From: Calditrichia bacterium
Lineage (GTDB): Bacteria; Calditrichota; Calditrichia; RBG-13-44-9; J075
DNA length: 42,741 bases
Assembly: GCA_050633245.1 (NCBI GenBank)
Contig: JBOEGD010000034.1
Location: 1-42,741 of the forward strand
Direction: 5' to 3'
A program made the position numbers and the translations under genes. The notes under the pieces were generated by a model. That model saw only the letters and a list, made by a program, of their open reading frames with translations, did no database searches and had not been told where the DNA came from. Below, one piece after another: positions 1 to 8,776 of the stretch (position 1 is its first letter; the number at the start of each line of letters is the position of its first letter).

Positions 1-237
1 CCGGAGACCACGATAGAATACGAGCTTCCGCAGGATAGTGACGTGCGCGTTACCATCTACAACATTCAGGGTCAGAAAGTCAGAGAGCTTGAGAATACCT
101 ACAAGCGCGCTGGCTATCATCAAACCAAATGGAATGGTCTGAACGACAGCGGCACAAAGGTAAGCTCGGGTATTTATCTGCTACAGCTGACAACAAATGG
201 GCTTACGCGAACACTAAAAATGACGCTAATAAACTAG
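1..237 (+). CDS. 3' end of a secreted protein with a T9SS/FlgD-Ig C-terminal sorting domain (partial, runs off the left edge)
   Basis: Frame 1 is open from base 1: PETTIEYELPQDSDVRVTIYNIQGQKVREL...WNGLNDSGTKVSSGIYLLQL...TLKMTLIN. This matches the C-terminal tail of 3420..7205. Confidence 0.9.
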   Translation, partial: PETTIEYELPQDSDVRVTIYNIQGQKVRELENTYKRAGYHQTKWNGLNDSGTKVSSGIYLLQLTTNGLTRTLKMTLIN

Positions 238-247
238 AAATCGTCAG

Positions 248-273
248 ACGCCTCGGAACTTAATCCGGGGCGT
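248..273 (+). terminator. Stem-loop after the first gene (possible terminator or processing hairpin)
   Basis: ACGCCTCGGA-acttaa-TCCGGGGCGT, a 10-bp stem with one G-U pair; no strong U tract. Confidence 0.45.
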
Positions 274-294
274 TGAACCTTTGAGGAATACACC

Positions 295-768
295 ATGAAA
301 ACTCTGCTATTATGCATTCTGGCCTCAACATTGTCTATATTCGCACAACAATCAGCGGAACAAGATAATGAGTGGTTTTACGCAAATTATTTAGAGATAA
401 TGGATCCGATCCGACATGAGAACCTTGAAGCCTCAAGTCAGATTGATATTCTTGTCGGTCTTTGGCAGCGCTATCAATCAGATGAGTTAATTGGCCCACA
501 GTACGTTGCTTTTCTTGTTGAAGCATTTTTACATCATCCAACAGCAACGATGCAGGCCTTTGCCAAACAGGATGAGCAATTGTTCAACACATTTTGCACT
601 ACCCTTGCGCAGCTGGCCAAACAAGATGATTGTGATAATCATGAAGTTCTGATTGAATTTAAGGATCAGGTAACAACTGAAGATATTTCCGGTTTGACAG
701 ATGATGCGGAGCAATCTACGTTTTTAGCAAAACTCAAAAGCGTAGTTGAAGACTTTCCGGAGCTATAG
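295..768 (+). CDS. Hypothetical exported acidic protein
   Basis: 157-aa ORF with GAGGA upstream and signal peptide MKTLLLCILASTLSIFA; no recognisable family. Confidence 0.7.
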   Translation: MKTLLLCILASTLSIFAQQSAEQDNEWFYANYLEIMDPIRHENLEASSQIDILVGLWQRYQSDELIGPQYVAFLVEAFLHHPTATMQAFAKQDEQLFNTFCTTLAQLAKQDDCDNHEVLIEFKDQVTTEDISGLTDDAEQSTFLAKLKSVVEDFPEL

Positions 769-774
769 AATTAG

Positions 775-810
775 TTTGTAACCGACCCGAATTAGGTCGG
801 TTACAAAAAA
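775..810. terminator. Intrinsic terminator between convergent genes
   Basis: TTTGTAACCGACC-cgaatta-GGTCGGTTACAAA, a perfect 13-bp inverted repeat. Confidence 0.75.
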
Positions 811-812
811 TA

Positions 813-2885
813 CTATTTCGAGAAGTTTAACTCCACTTCCATATAGCGTCCTCTGGCAGGATATAGAAACTCGACATTATCCTGAATAAAATTATCAAAA
901 AAAACATACCCACTACTATTATAGGTTTTATCAAAAACATTCAACATCGACAGCGATAAACCAAAGTCTCTCCAGTCCAAACCAAGGCGCGCGTCTACAG
1001 TCTGAAATGCCGGCAGTGTAAACAAATTGGCATCGTCTAAAAAGACCTCTCCGAAATATCGATGCGTAATTGCCAGATTTCCAAATTTGCCAAAGCTGCC
1101 GCTCAAACGAAGAGCATTGGTTATTTCCGGAATATTCTTAATCCGCTTTTTATCATTGCTATCCGCGTCAAATGTCGCATCGGAATAAGTAAAAGCAGAC
1201 TGCAAACGATAGCGATTTGCGAAACCAAGAGTAAGTTCACCCTCCAATCCGCGATGGCGGCTCTCCAGAATATTCCCATATTTAAACGTCGCCAGATCCA
1301 GGTCAATCTCGTTTTTTATATCAAGCCAATAGGCTGCAAGCGATAACTCACCATAATTAGACTCTCCCAAAGGAATTTGCTGGTAAACTCCCAGATCGTA
1401 ATTATTGGAGCGTTGTGGTTTCAGATCGGCATTGGCAAAGTTGAATGCAAAGCCAAATACCGACGTTAAGTCGAGAACTCGACGGTCGTAGAGCTGATCG
1501 AGCGTTGGCGCTTTGAATGCCTGAGACCAGTTCAGGAACACATGACCATCACTCCCATATCCGCGACTATATTGATAGTTTAAACCAATCCGCGGAGAAA
1601 CCTGACTAAAATTTTTCTCAGAGTTTTCATCCGGAATATTGTCCGTGTTTCGATTTGCCAACCAATCTGCCCGTACGCCAATAGTTGTTCGAAGCCTCTT
1701 GGTTAGAGCAGCTCTGTTTTCCAGATATAGTCCTGCCTTAACTCGACGTCCCGCGCCGCCACTTAGTAATGAATCATTGGCAGGTGCAAAGTAGTCGTGC
1801 TCATAGCTGCCAAGTTCGGCATCGATCCCGGAAATCCATTCAGACTTGCCCTGTTTTAAGCGAAATTGCAGTTGAGACCAACCGCTGGTATTCGTTTCAT
1901 CTTTCTGCTGAGTATCTCCAAATTCACTCGCAACCTGAATGGTGCGGACTTGATCCTGCGTAAGATATCGCACTCCGCCTGAAGCAATTAATCCCGCAAG
2001 TTCAGAAAAAGAGTGATTTAACCTTAGCGTTGCATTGGTACTGTTACGTTGCCGATTGTCATCTGCAAAAAGAGCCGTACTTTGGCTACGATTACCTAAC
2101 AATCCGGCACGCGTTAACGGCCCGGGTTCATCCTTGTCTAAATGACCGAAATCTATGGAAGCGTTAAATTGAGACTTGTATGCAAACTTTCGGGTATAGG
2201 CTAGGCGAGCTTCCGCATTTTGCCAATCGGAATGATCGCGAAACCCGGCAGACTGCGCAGCAAATATTCCAAAGGCAAGAGCATCTTTTTTACCGCTACG
2301 CTTTGCATGCAAATATCCCTCACGACTATCAAAACTGCCGCTGCTGGCACCAAGCTCAAAGGAGTTACCCAACCTGCTGGTTTTGGTTTCAATATTAACA
2401 ACAGCTCCAAGTGCGAGATCTCCATAAGCTGCCGAACCACCACCACGCGAGACTTCTATCCGTTCAATATCGCTGAGCGCAACAGCATTCCAATTGACCA
2501 GCCCGTTACGCAAATCGTTAACCGGAACTCCATCAACGATCATAAGAACATACTCGGCCTCTCCCCCACCAAAAAATCCACGCACAATCGGCATGGGCAA
2601 GAGTCCATCGCCATCCTGATCTACAAAGCTTAATCCGGGGACAAAATTTAAGACATCAACCAAATTCCGGGCAGGTAATTGTTTTACCTCCGCGCGGGTA
2701 ATTATGCTAACAGGTTTTGTCATCTCTTTCAGTGGCAACTCTGCCCGGTCACCCGTAACGACTATTGTATCCAGCTTATAAAGTGTGGTATCTACCTGAG
2801 CATTTACCTCAAAACAAAAAACAGTGATAACCAGTAAAAATGCCGCTGTTGAGCGCAGTTGTTTTAACAGATAACTTTTCATCAA
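813..2885 (-). CDS. TonB-dependent outer-membrane receptor (BtuB/CirA-like, substrate unknown)
   Basis: Signal peptide, TonB box DTIVVTG, plug motifs VLMIVDGVPVND and IERIEVSRGGGSAAYG, FKAPTLDQLY, and C-terminal GRYMEVELNF. Start is TTG 2885 or ATG 2882 after AAGGAG. Confidence 0.93.
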   Translation of the reverse strand: MMKSYLLKQLRSTAAFLLVITVFCFEVNAQVDTTLYKLDTIVVTGDRAELPLKEMTKPVSIITRAEVKQLPARNLVDVLNFVPGLSFVDQDGDGLLPMPIVRGFFGGGEAEYVLMIVDGVPVNDLRNGLVNWNAVALSDIERIEVSRGGGSAAYGDLALGAVVNIETKTSRLGNSFELGASSGSFDSREGYLHAKRSGKKDALAFGIFAAQSAGFRDHSDWQNAEARLAYTRKFAYKSQFNASIDFGHLDKDEPGPLTRAGLLGNRSQSTALFADDNRQRNSTNATLRLNHSFSELAGLIASGGVRYLTQDQVRTIQVASEFGDTQQKDETNTSGWSQLQFRLKQGKSEWISGIDAELGSYEHDYFAPANDSLLSGGAGRRVKAGLYLENRAALTKRLRTTIGVRADWLANRNTDNIPDENSEKNFSQVSPRIGLNYQYSRGYGSDGHVFLNWSQAFKAPTLDQLYDRRVLDLTSVFGFAFNFANADLKPQRSNNYDLGVYQQIPLGESNYGELSLAAYWLDIKNEIDLDLATFKYGNILESRHRGLEGELTLGFANRYRLQSAFTYSDATFDADSNDKKRIKNIPEITNALRLSGSFGKFGNLAITHRYFGEVFLDDANLFTLPAFQTVDARLGLDWRDFGLSLSMLNVFDKTYNSSGYVFFDNFIQDNVEFLYPARGRYMEVELNFSK

Positions 2886-3026
2886 ATGAAAGTCTCCTTC
2901 CTTGCATCTTGCATAGATTAGAACATCCCTAAATAACGGCTATTCGATTGTATATTGTTAGTGCTATTTTCCAAACTAATTACTTTAAGCCTAAAGTTAG
3001 TTTCTTCACCATAAAGCCTTGTGACA

Positions 3027-3051
3027 ACATGCATTAATTCAATATGCATGT
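3027..3051. promoter_or_regulatory. Palindromic candidate operator in the divergent intergenic region
   Basis: ACATGCAT-N9-ATGCATGT perfect inverted repeat. Confidence 0.35.
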
Positions 3052-3419
3052 CGTAAGACATTAAAAAGGGAACATAATCCACAGGTGAAAACCGCAGGAG
3101 TTCCAATACTTTTTTCACATTGCCTAATCTATCTTTTATTCCTACTTTACCATTCTGCCAACGGCTATGCAATTTTATTCAATTTCGCTATCTAAAAACT
3201 GTGATTAATTGCCCAATAATTGATCTTTATACTCGATATGATTCATCAGTGCTCTAATTCATTTTCTGCTATCCCACCCCGATAATTTTTATACAGGGAT
3301 GGGAACAGATTGAGGCTACGGATGGCCCGTTAAGTAGAGCTCATGCAACCGCTAAAAAAGCAAAGATACCTGCCCCTACCGATTAATTTCCCGCTGCACC
3401 GATTAATTTTGGAGTAAAA

Positions 3420-6400
3420 ATGTCATTGGCTAAGCTATTCATCGCGCTGTTTTTTCTTATCGTTTTAACCTCATTATTCTTTCTAAAATCTCCTTCAGAC
3501 CAAACTGCATCTATAACGAAGCTCCCTACGACTGAAATACAGTCGGAGGCTCGATTGAGCAAGCGAGATCGAATGGATCTTGCCATGGAGCAGGAATTTG
3601 AACGTGTAAAAGATGAATCGCTCGGCAGAGTACCGCGGGAGCGTCTTTATGAAGCCTATCTGGAAGCTGAGCGACGCAGAAGTACTTCTAAATATTCCAA
3701 GCGAATGATCTCACCAAACTGGACAGAGCGAGGCCCGGATAATGTGGGTGGACGAACCAGAGGTATTATGATCGATCCAAACGACGGATCTGGCAACACT
3801 GTTTTTGCGGCAGGCGTCTCAGGTGGTCTCTGGAAAACGACCAATATATCGTCAATCTCTCCAACATGGAATGCGGTCAACGATTTTTTCGAAAACCTCG
3901 CAATTTCAAGTATTGCATACGATCCAACCGAAACTGACACAATGTATTTTGGAACCGGTGAAGGTTGGTTCAATATTGATGCCACTCAGGGAGATGGTAT
4001 TTTTAAATCGAATGATGGTGGCGATACATGGAGGCAACTATCAAGCACAACGTCTTCTACATTCGACTTCGTGCAAAAGATTGTAGTGCACCCGGATAGT
4101 GGCGACGTCTATGCTGCTACTCGTACCGGTGGTGTCATGCGATCTACAGACGGTGGGGCTAATTGGAGTAGCGTATTGTCTTCCGGCTCTGGAGCTGGAA
4201 CTTCACGTGCAGCTGACCTTGAAATTGCAGCAAACTCGAGCATCTATGCCGCGATGGGAATTTTTGGAACCGACGGTGTCTATTCTTCCCCTTCGGGAAA
4301 CTCCGGCACGTGGACGAAGCTCAATACCGGTGCCAATGGATTTCCCACCAGTGGATTTGAGCGCATTGAGTTGGCAGTTGCTCCGGCCAATGCAAACATC
4401 GTATATGCTTTTGTGCAATCCAACGCCGGCGACAGCCTGGAGGCAATTTACCGCACCACAAACAAGGGATCGACCTGGAGTGCCGTAACCAACCCATCTG
4501 ATGATGATCCAGGAGTTGGTACAGACTTTACTCGCGGACAGGCCTGGTACAATCTCATAGCAGCCGTCAGTCCGACAGATGCTTCCGGGGACACCTTATT
4601 TGCGGGTGGAATTGATTTGTTTAAAAGCACGAATGGTGGAACCAGTTGGACGCAGATAACACACTGGTATGGTGGGTTCGGTTTTCAAGAAGTTCATGCC
4701 GATCAACATGCCATTGTTTTTGCAGATAACAACCCTGACATCATACTCTTCGGCAATGATGGTGGTGTTTATCGCACAACGGATGGCACGGCAACAACTC
4801 CAACTATTTCAAGCAAAAACACCGGTTACAATACGACCCAATTCTATGCCTGTGCCATGCACCCTGACGCAGGATCAAATCATTTTTTAGCTGGCGCTCA
4901 GGATAACGGAACAAACAAATTCAACTCTCTCGGCATTAATACAACAACCGAGGTCGTTGGCGGAGATGGGGCCTTTTGTCATATTGACCAGGGCTCTTCA
5001 ACAGTGCAAATTGCACAGACAACCAATAACAATATATATAGATCGCTAAATGGCGGCTCGTCATTTAGTCAGGTTTTGGCGAATAGCGGTGGTAATTTTA
5101 TTAATGCCTCTGATTATGACAATACCAGTTTCGTCTATTACTCGGCGTTTAATTCAAATAGTTATGTGTTATGGAGTAACCCACGGACAGGTACGAGTTT
5201 TAGCGCACAATCCGTAACTGACTTTGGAGGTACGCAAGCCAGTGCAATCACCGTTTCGCCAAACACTGCAAACCGAGTATTCTTCGGAACTGAGGGTGGG
5301 AGAGTCGTTCGGGTAGATGATGCTGCATCAACACTATCCTCTTCGCACATTAATTCCGGTGCCGGCATGCCCACAAGTGACGTCAGCTGTATTGAGGTGG
5401 AAGACGGGGATGACAATCATATTTTGGTTACCTACTTCGCATTTGGCGCGACCAGTATTTGGGAAACGACCAATGGTGGAACCAGCTGGACATCCGTTGA
5501 AGGCGACCTACCGGATATACCGGTTCGTTGGGCAATGTTCAATCCATCAGATTCAGATCAAGCTTTGATTGCCACTGACTTAGGGGTTTGGTCTACAGAC
5601 GATCTGGACGGTGGCTCAACAAGCTGGTCTCCGTCGAATACCGGTCTCGCCAATGTACGTGTAGACATGTTGCAATATCGGTCTTCGGATGGTTTGGTCA
5701 TTGCTGCAACACATGGTCGGGGAATGTATTCCACTGACATCTTTGCAACATCAGTTAGTGCAGATTTTATCGCGGTGAAACCGCTCGACTACTTTGGAAA
5801 CACAACGACCTTTACCGATGGCTCACTTGGCGCAACATCGTGGTCATGGAATTTTGGTGATGGCAATACGTCGACAGCTCAGAATCCAACCCACACTTAT
5901 GCTGCGGCCGGGAAATACAGCGTAACGCTCAGTATTAACGGTGGAGCCGAGAGCGAGGTAAAATCAGATTACATTCATATCTTGCCAAATCGTGGAACAC
6001 CTTATTTAGCAGCGGACGGCGGTAACTTCGAAACGAATCCCGACGATTTCGGATCAGAGGCCATCACAGGTGGACTCGACCTTTGGGAACGCGGTACGCC
6101 TTCAAATGATATTACAACATTAAATAGCGCATCAAACGGTTGGAAAACGGACTTGGATGCCGATATAACTGAGGCTGCTTATTCCTGTGCTCTGTATTCT
6201 CCCAGCTTCAATCTAACCGTTGCCGGAACATACAGCTTATCATTCAGAAAGAGCATGGCGGTAAGATATGCAAATGCTCCATTCGGAGTGTACGTCGAGT
6301 ATTCAACGAATCAGGGTGACAGCTGGACGCAGCTTGGCACCGATGCAGATGCCAATGGCACCAACTGGTACGAGCGTGGGCCTTCTTCGAGCTTCACACA

Positions 6401-7205
6401 TTCTATCACACCGGGCGGCTATGCCTTCTGTAACGACTTTACCAATCAGAATACAGCCTACGATATTTCAAGTCTGTCGGGTAATGATGATGTCTGTTTT
6501 CGCATCGTTTTCATTTGCGCTACCGGGTATTCTGCCGATGGCTATACCGAAGATGGTTTTATGGTCGATGATTTCCAGATTACCGGTGAATCGAACGACC
6601 CTGTTCTTCCGGTCGAGTTACAGTCTTTTAGTGCAAACCCACTGCTCGCCAATAATACTGTGGAACTGAATTGGGAGACAGAAAGTGAGGTTGATAATTC
6701 CCATTGGCTCATCGACCGGGCTACCAATAATGGCGAGTGGCAAACCATTGCCCAGCTTGAAGGCCAGGGAACCACGCCTACGGCCACCGAGTACAGCTAT
6801 ATCGACGAGCAGGTTCAACGCGGTATCACATATTCCTATCGTTTGGCCGATGTTTCCTATGCCGGAGTGCTTACCTATCATGGACCACTCACAGTTACAT
6901 TAGAGGATGGGGATGATCAAACTCCTGCGACCTTCGCATTGGATCAGAATTATCCAAATCCGTTCAACCCATCTACAACCATTCGTTACAGCTTAAAGAA
7001 CGATGTTCGCACACGTTTAACGGTGTACAATGTGCTTGGTGAGAAGATAACAACACTGGTAGATGGAAATCAGATTGCCGGGGCGAAAAGCATTACCTGG
7101 TTTGGAGATGATGACAATGGAAATCGCGTTGCCAGCGGCGTGTATATTTATCGGATTGAAGCCGGCAGCTTTGTAAAAAGCCGAAAGATGATTCTGCTTT
7201 ATTAA
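3420..7205 (+). CDS. Secreted BNR/Asp-box (Vps10/GH74-like) beta-propeller protein with PKD domain and T9SS C-terminal domain
   Basis: WTERGPDNVGGRTR, repeated S/T-x-D/N-G-G-x-T/S-W boxes, HADQHAI and GAQDNG motifs, PKD motif WSWNFGDG...PTHTY, PVELQSF linker, and NYPNPFNPSTTIRY...GVYIYRI tail. Confidence 0.9.
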   Translation: MSLAKLFIALFFLIVLTSLFFLKSPSDQTASITKLPTTEIQSEARLSKRDRMDLAMEQEFERVKDESLGRVPRERLYEAYLEAERRRSTSKYSKRMISPNWTERGPDNVGGRTRGIMIDPNDGSGNTVFAAGVSGGLWKTTNISSISPTWNAVNDFFENLAISSIAYDPTETDTMYFGTGEGWFNIDATQGDGIFKSNDGGDTWRQLSSTTSSTFDFVQKIVVHPDSGDVYAATRTGGVMRSTDGGANWSSVLSSGSGAGTSRAADLEIAANSSIYAAMGIFGTDGVYSSPSGNSGTWTKLNTGANGFPTSGFERIELAVAPANANIVYAFVQSNAGDSLEAIYRTTNKGSTWSAVTNPSDDDPGVGTDFTRGQAWYNLIAAVSPTDASGDTLFAGGIDLFKSTNGGTSWTQITHWYGGFGFQEVHADQHAIVFADNNPDIILFGNDGGVYRTTDGTATTPTISSKNTGYNTTQFYACAMHPDAGSNHFLAGAQDNGTNKFNSLGINTTTEVVGGDGAFCHIDQGSSTVQIAQTTNNNIYRSLNGGSSFSQVLANSGGNFINASDYDNTSFVYYSAFNSNSYVLWSNPRTGTSFSAQSVTDFGGTQASAITVSPNTANRVFFGTEGGRVVRVDDAASTLSSSHINSGAGMPTSDVSCIEVEDGDDNHILVTYFAFGATSIWETTNGGTSWTSVEGDLPDIPVRWAMFNPSDSDQALIATDLGVWSTDDLDGGSTSWSPSNTGLANVRVDMLQYRSSDGLVIAATHGRGMYSTDIFATSVSADFIAVKPLDYFGNTTTFTDGSLGATSWSWNFGDGNTSTAQNPTHTYAAAGKYSVTLSINGGAESEVKSDYIHILPNRGTPYLAADGGNFETNPDDFGSEAITGGLDLWERGTPSNDITTLNSASNGWKTDLDADITEAAYSCALYSPSFNLTVAGTYSLSFRKSMAVRYANAPFGVYVEYSTNQGDSWTQLGTDADANGTNWYERGPSSSFTHSITPGGYAFCNDFTNQNTAYDISSLSGNDDVCFRIVFICATGYSADGYTEDGFMVDDFQITGESNDPVLPVELQSFSANPLLANNTVELNWETESEVDNSHWLIDRATNNGEWQTIAQLEGQGTTPTATEYSYIDEQVQRGITYSYRLADVSYAGVLTYHGPLTVTLEDGDDQTPATFALDQNYPNPFNPSTTIRYSLKNDVRTRLTVYNVLGEKITTLVDGNQIAGAKSITWFGDDDNGNRVASGVYIYRIEAGSFVKSRKMILLY

Positions 7206-7227
7206 ATTTTGCGGGCAATCTTGCCTG

Positions 7228-7263
7228 TAAAAAAGAGGCCCTGCGTCTAAGCGACGCAGGGCC
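7228..7263 (-). terminator. Intrinsic terminator of the slipin transcript (possibly bidirectional)
   Basis: GGCCCTGCGTC-taagc-GACGCAGGGCC, an 11-bp stem, with an A run at about 7228-7234 (U tract on the minus strand). Confidence 0.8.
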
Positions 7264-7288
7264 CTGCGCTTTCTTTCCCGGGTGGACA

Positions 7289-8392
7289 TTAGATCAACTT
7301 CGTGATCTTGTCTGCCAAACCGGATTCCCCCAGCACAATTTGCATATTGTTATTTTCAATGATTTTCTCAAGGACTTCCAGCTCTTTCAAGCGCATGAGC
7401 GTTGGGTTATCCTCAAGCATCTTGGCGACATTGGCCTGGCTACGCATTGCAGCAACTTCCTCACGTCGCGAAATCAGGTTCGCTTCAGCAGCCTTGCGGG
7501 CCTCGATGACTTTATTTAACAGGTCTTTCATCTCGCCCGGAAGAATAATGTCGCGAATACCGAATCCGGCTATACCGACTCCGAACTCTGCCGCTTTTCT
7601 CGCCAATATGTGCTGTAACTCCTCGACAAGCTCAATGCGATTGCTCAACAAACTTTCCAGAGACTTTGTTCCGACGACTGCTCGCAGCGCGAGCTGAGCT
7701 TCTCTGTAAAGCGCCTGATCTACATCCCTTACCCTTGTTACCGCCAACAATGTATCTGTAAGCTGGTATGAAACCAGTGCATTTAGCCGAATGGAAACTT
7801 TATCAGCCGTCAGAATTTCCTGACCACTGATATCCGCCATTTGGGTCCGCAGGCTTTTTGTGTATAGTTTAGTTTTTCCTGCCTCTTTCCAGAAGGCGTA
7901 TGTTCCCGGCTTTAAGCGCTCTACAAATTCACCGTTTCGAAAGAACAATCCTTCATGTTCATCTTCAACCGTAAACTCATCCAGCGCCAGCTTACCGCTA
8001 ACAGAACGTAAAATGGTATTCAACTCCTGATGCTGGAAGCGAATGGCATCGGTATTAACCACTTCTACCTGCACTGCACTGAACTCGGTAAACAAAACGT
8101 GACTTCCCGGCTTTAGAACCGCCTTAAAACGTCTGTTTTCCCAAACCAACGCGCGTTCATTATCTGCAAGCTCCAGCGTTTGGAATTTATTTTCGTCCAG
8201 CAAACCAGACTGAATAATAATATCCAGTTTTTCATGAGTCAAAAAAACGCCTCTCGTTGATACAGTCTCTACAAGCTCTCTAGTGAAAGGATTCCAGAAG
8301 TAGTGACGTCCCTTGTCCAAAATACGGACCAGTTCACCATCCTTAAAATGAAGTCCTTTTTCGAAGGCTCTAACGTTTACAATACAAATCAT
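7289..8392 (-). CDS. Slipin-family SPFH/Band-7 protein with N-terminal repeats and no TM helix
   Basis: QEILTADKVSIRLN, LYREAQLALRAVVG, IRDIILPGEMK and NPTLMRLKELE motifs; strong SD AAGGAGG. Confidence 0.9.
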   Translation of the reverse strand: MICIVNVRAFEKGLHFKDGELVRILDKGRHYFWNPFTRELVETVSTRGVFLTHEKLDIIIQSGLLDENKFQTLELADNERALVWENRRFKAVLKPGSHVLFTEFSAVQVEVVNTDAIRFQHQELNTILRSVSGKLALDEFTVEDEHEGLFFRNGEFVERLKPGTYAFWKEAGKTKLYTKSLRTQMADISGQEILTADKVSIRLNALVSYQLTDTLLAVTRVRDVDQALYREAQLALRAVVGTKSLESLLSNRIELVEELQHILARKAAEFGVGIAGFGIRDIILPGEMKDLLNKVIEARKAAEANLISRREEVAAMRSQANVAKMLEDNPTLMRLKELEVLEKIIENNNMQIVLGESGLADKITKLI

Positions 8393-8435
8393 GACTCGCC
8401 TCCTTTTAGTTTGTAGCGAGAAGTACTTTCATGTT

Positions 8436-8688
8436 AAAATTGTCTAAATGCCTTTTGCAAGGAAAGCATCCTTTATTACCCATTCTTCCACGCGGAGTGC
8501 AATTTGAGCCTTCGTCCCATTCCAATCCGCAAAGGTCGCAAATAATGACTTTGAGGATTGAAGTATTGCGTAAGCGGTATCCACGCACTGCAGAGCGCTT
8601 GACAAACAGCGCCTCATTTTTTTTCTCGCAAGAAATCACTTTGAGGCTGCAATAAGCATGTCCCTACCTTCGGCATTCGGACAATTTT
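8436..8688 (-). ncRNA. Candidate ~250-nt structured RNA (Y-RNA-like closing stem) directly upstream of slipin
   Basis: The minus-strand 5' arm AAAATTGTCCGAATGCC (8688-8672) pairs with GGCATTTAGACAATTTT (8452-8436), with one C-A mismatch and one G-U. Nested helices AAGG/CCTT and TTATTGC/GTAATAA, four internal hairpins, and no credible ORF. Confidence 0.6.
8536..8646. repeat. Two 21-nt imperfect direct repeats inside the candidate RNA
   Basis: TCGCAAATAATGACTTTGAGG (8536-8556) versus TCGCAAGAAATCACTTTGAGG (8626-8646): 18/21 identical, 90 nt apart. Confidence 0.7.
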
Positions 8689-8709
8689 GTAACCACCAGT
8701 AAGTATGAG

Positions 8710-8776
8710 ATACTTTGCGAGAATCGAACTCGCTTTCTGTTTTTTTACCAGGTCAGCATCTGGTTAGACAGAGTAT
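8710..8776 (-). ncRNA. tRNA-like element (acceptor-like stem plus canonical T arm, no D arm)
   Basis: Minus-strand T arm GCGAG-TTCGATT-CTCGC (8733-8717) is immediately followed by AAAGTAT, which pairs 6/7 with ATACTCT (8776-8770). Central hairpin ACCAG-N8-CTGGT; no CCA. Confidence 0.6.

Noticed and set aside
2918-3172. 84-aa minus-strand ORF
   Set aside because: Non-ATG start, AT-rich promoter-like region, no recognisable protein features.
2886-3419. Cobalamin riboswitch for the BtuB-like receptor
   Set aside because: Fragments such as AAAAGGGAA (~3063) and AGATACCTGCC (~3364) are on the wrong strand for the receptor, and the core motifs (GCCCCCGCAACTGT, GCCACTG) are missing.
8406-8655. Overlapping 77-aa (-) and 74-aa (+) ORFs
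   Set aside because: Atypical composition and no clear SD; the region is better explained by extensive base pairing.
8710-8776. Functional tRNA gene
   Set aside because: No D arm, 8-nt central loop, a mismatch in the acceptor stem, and no CCA.
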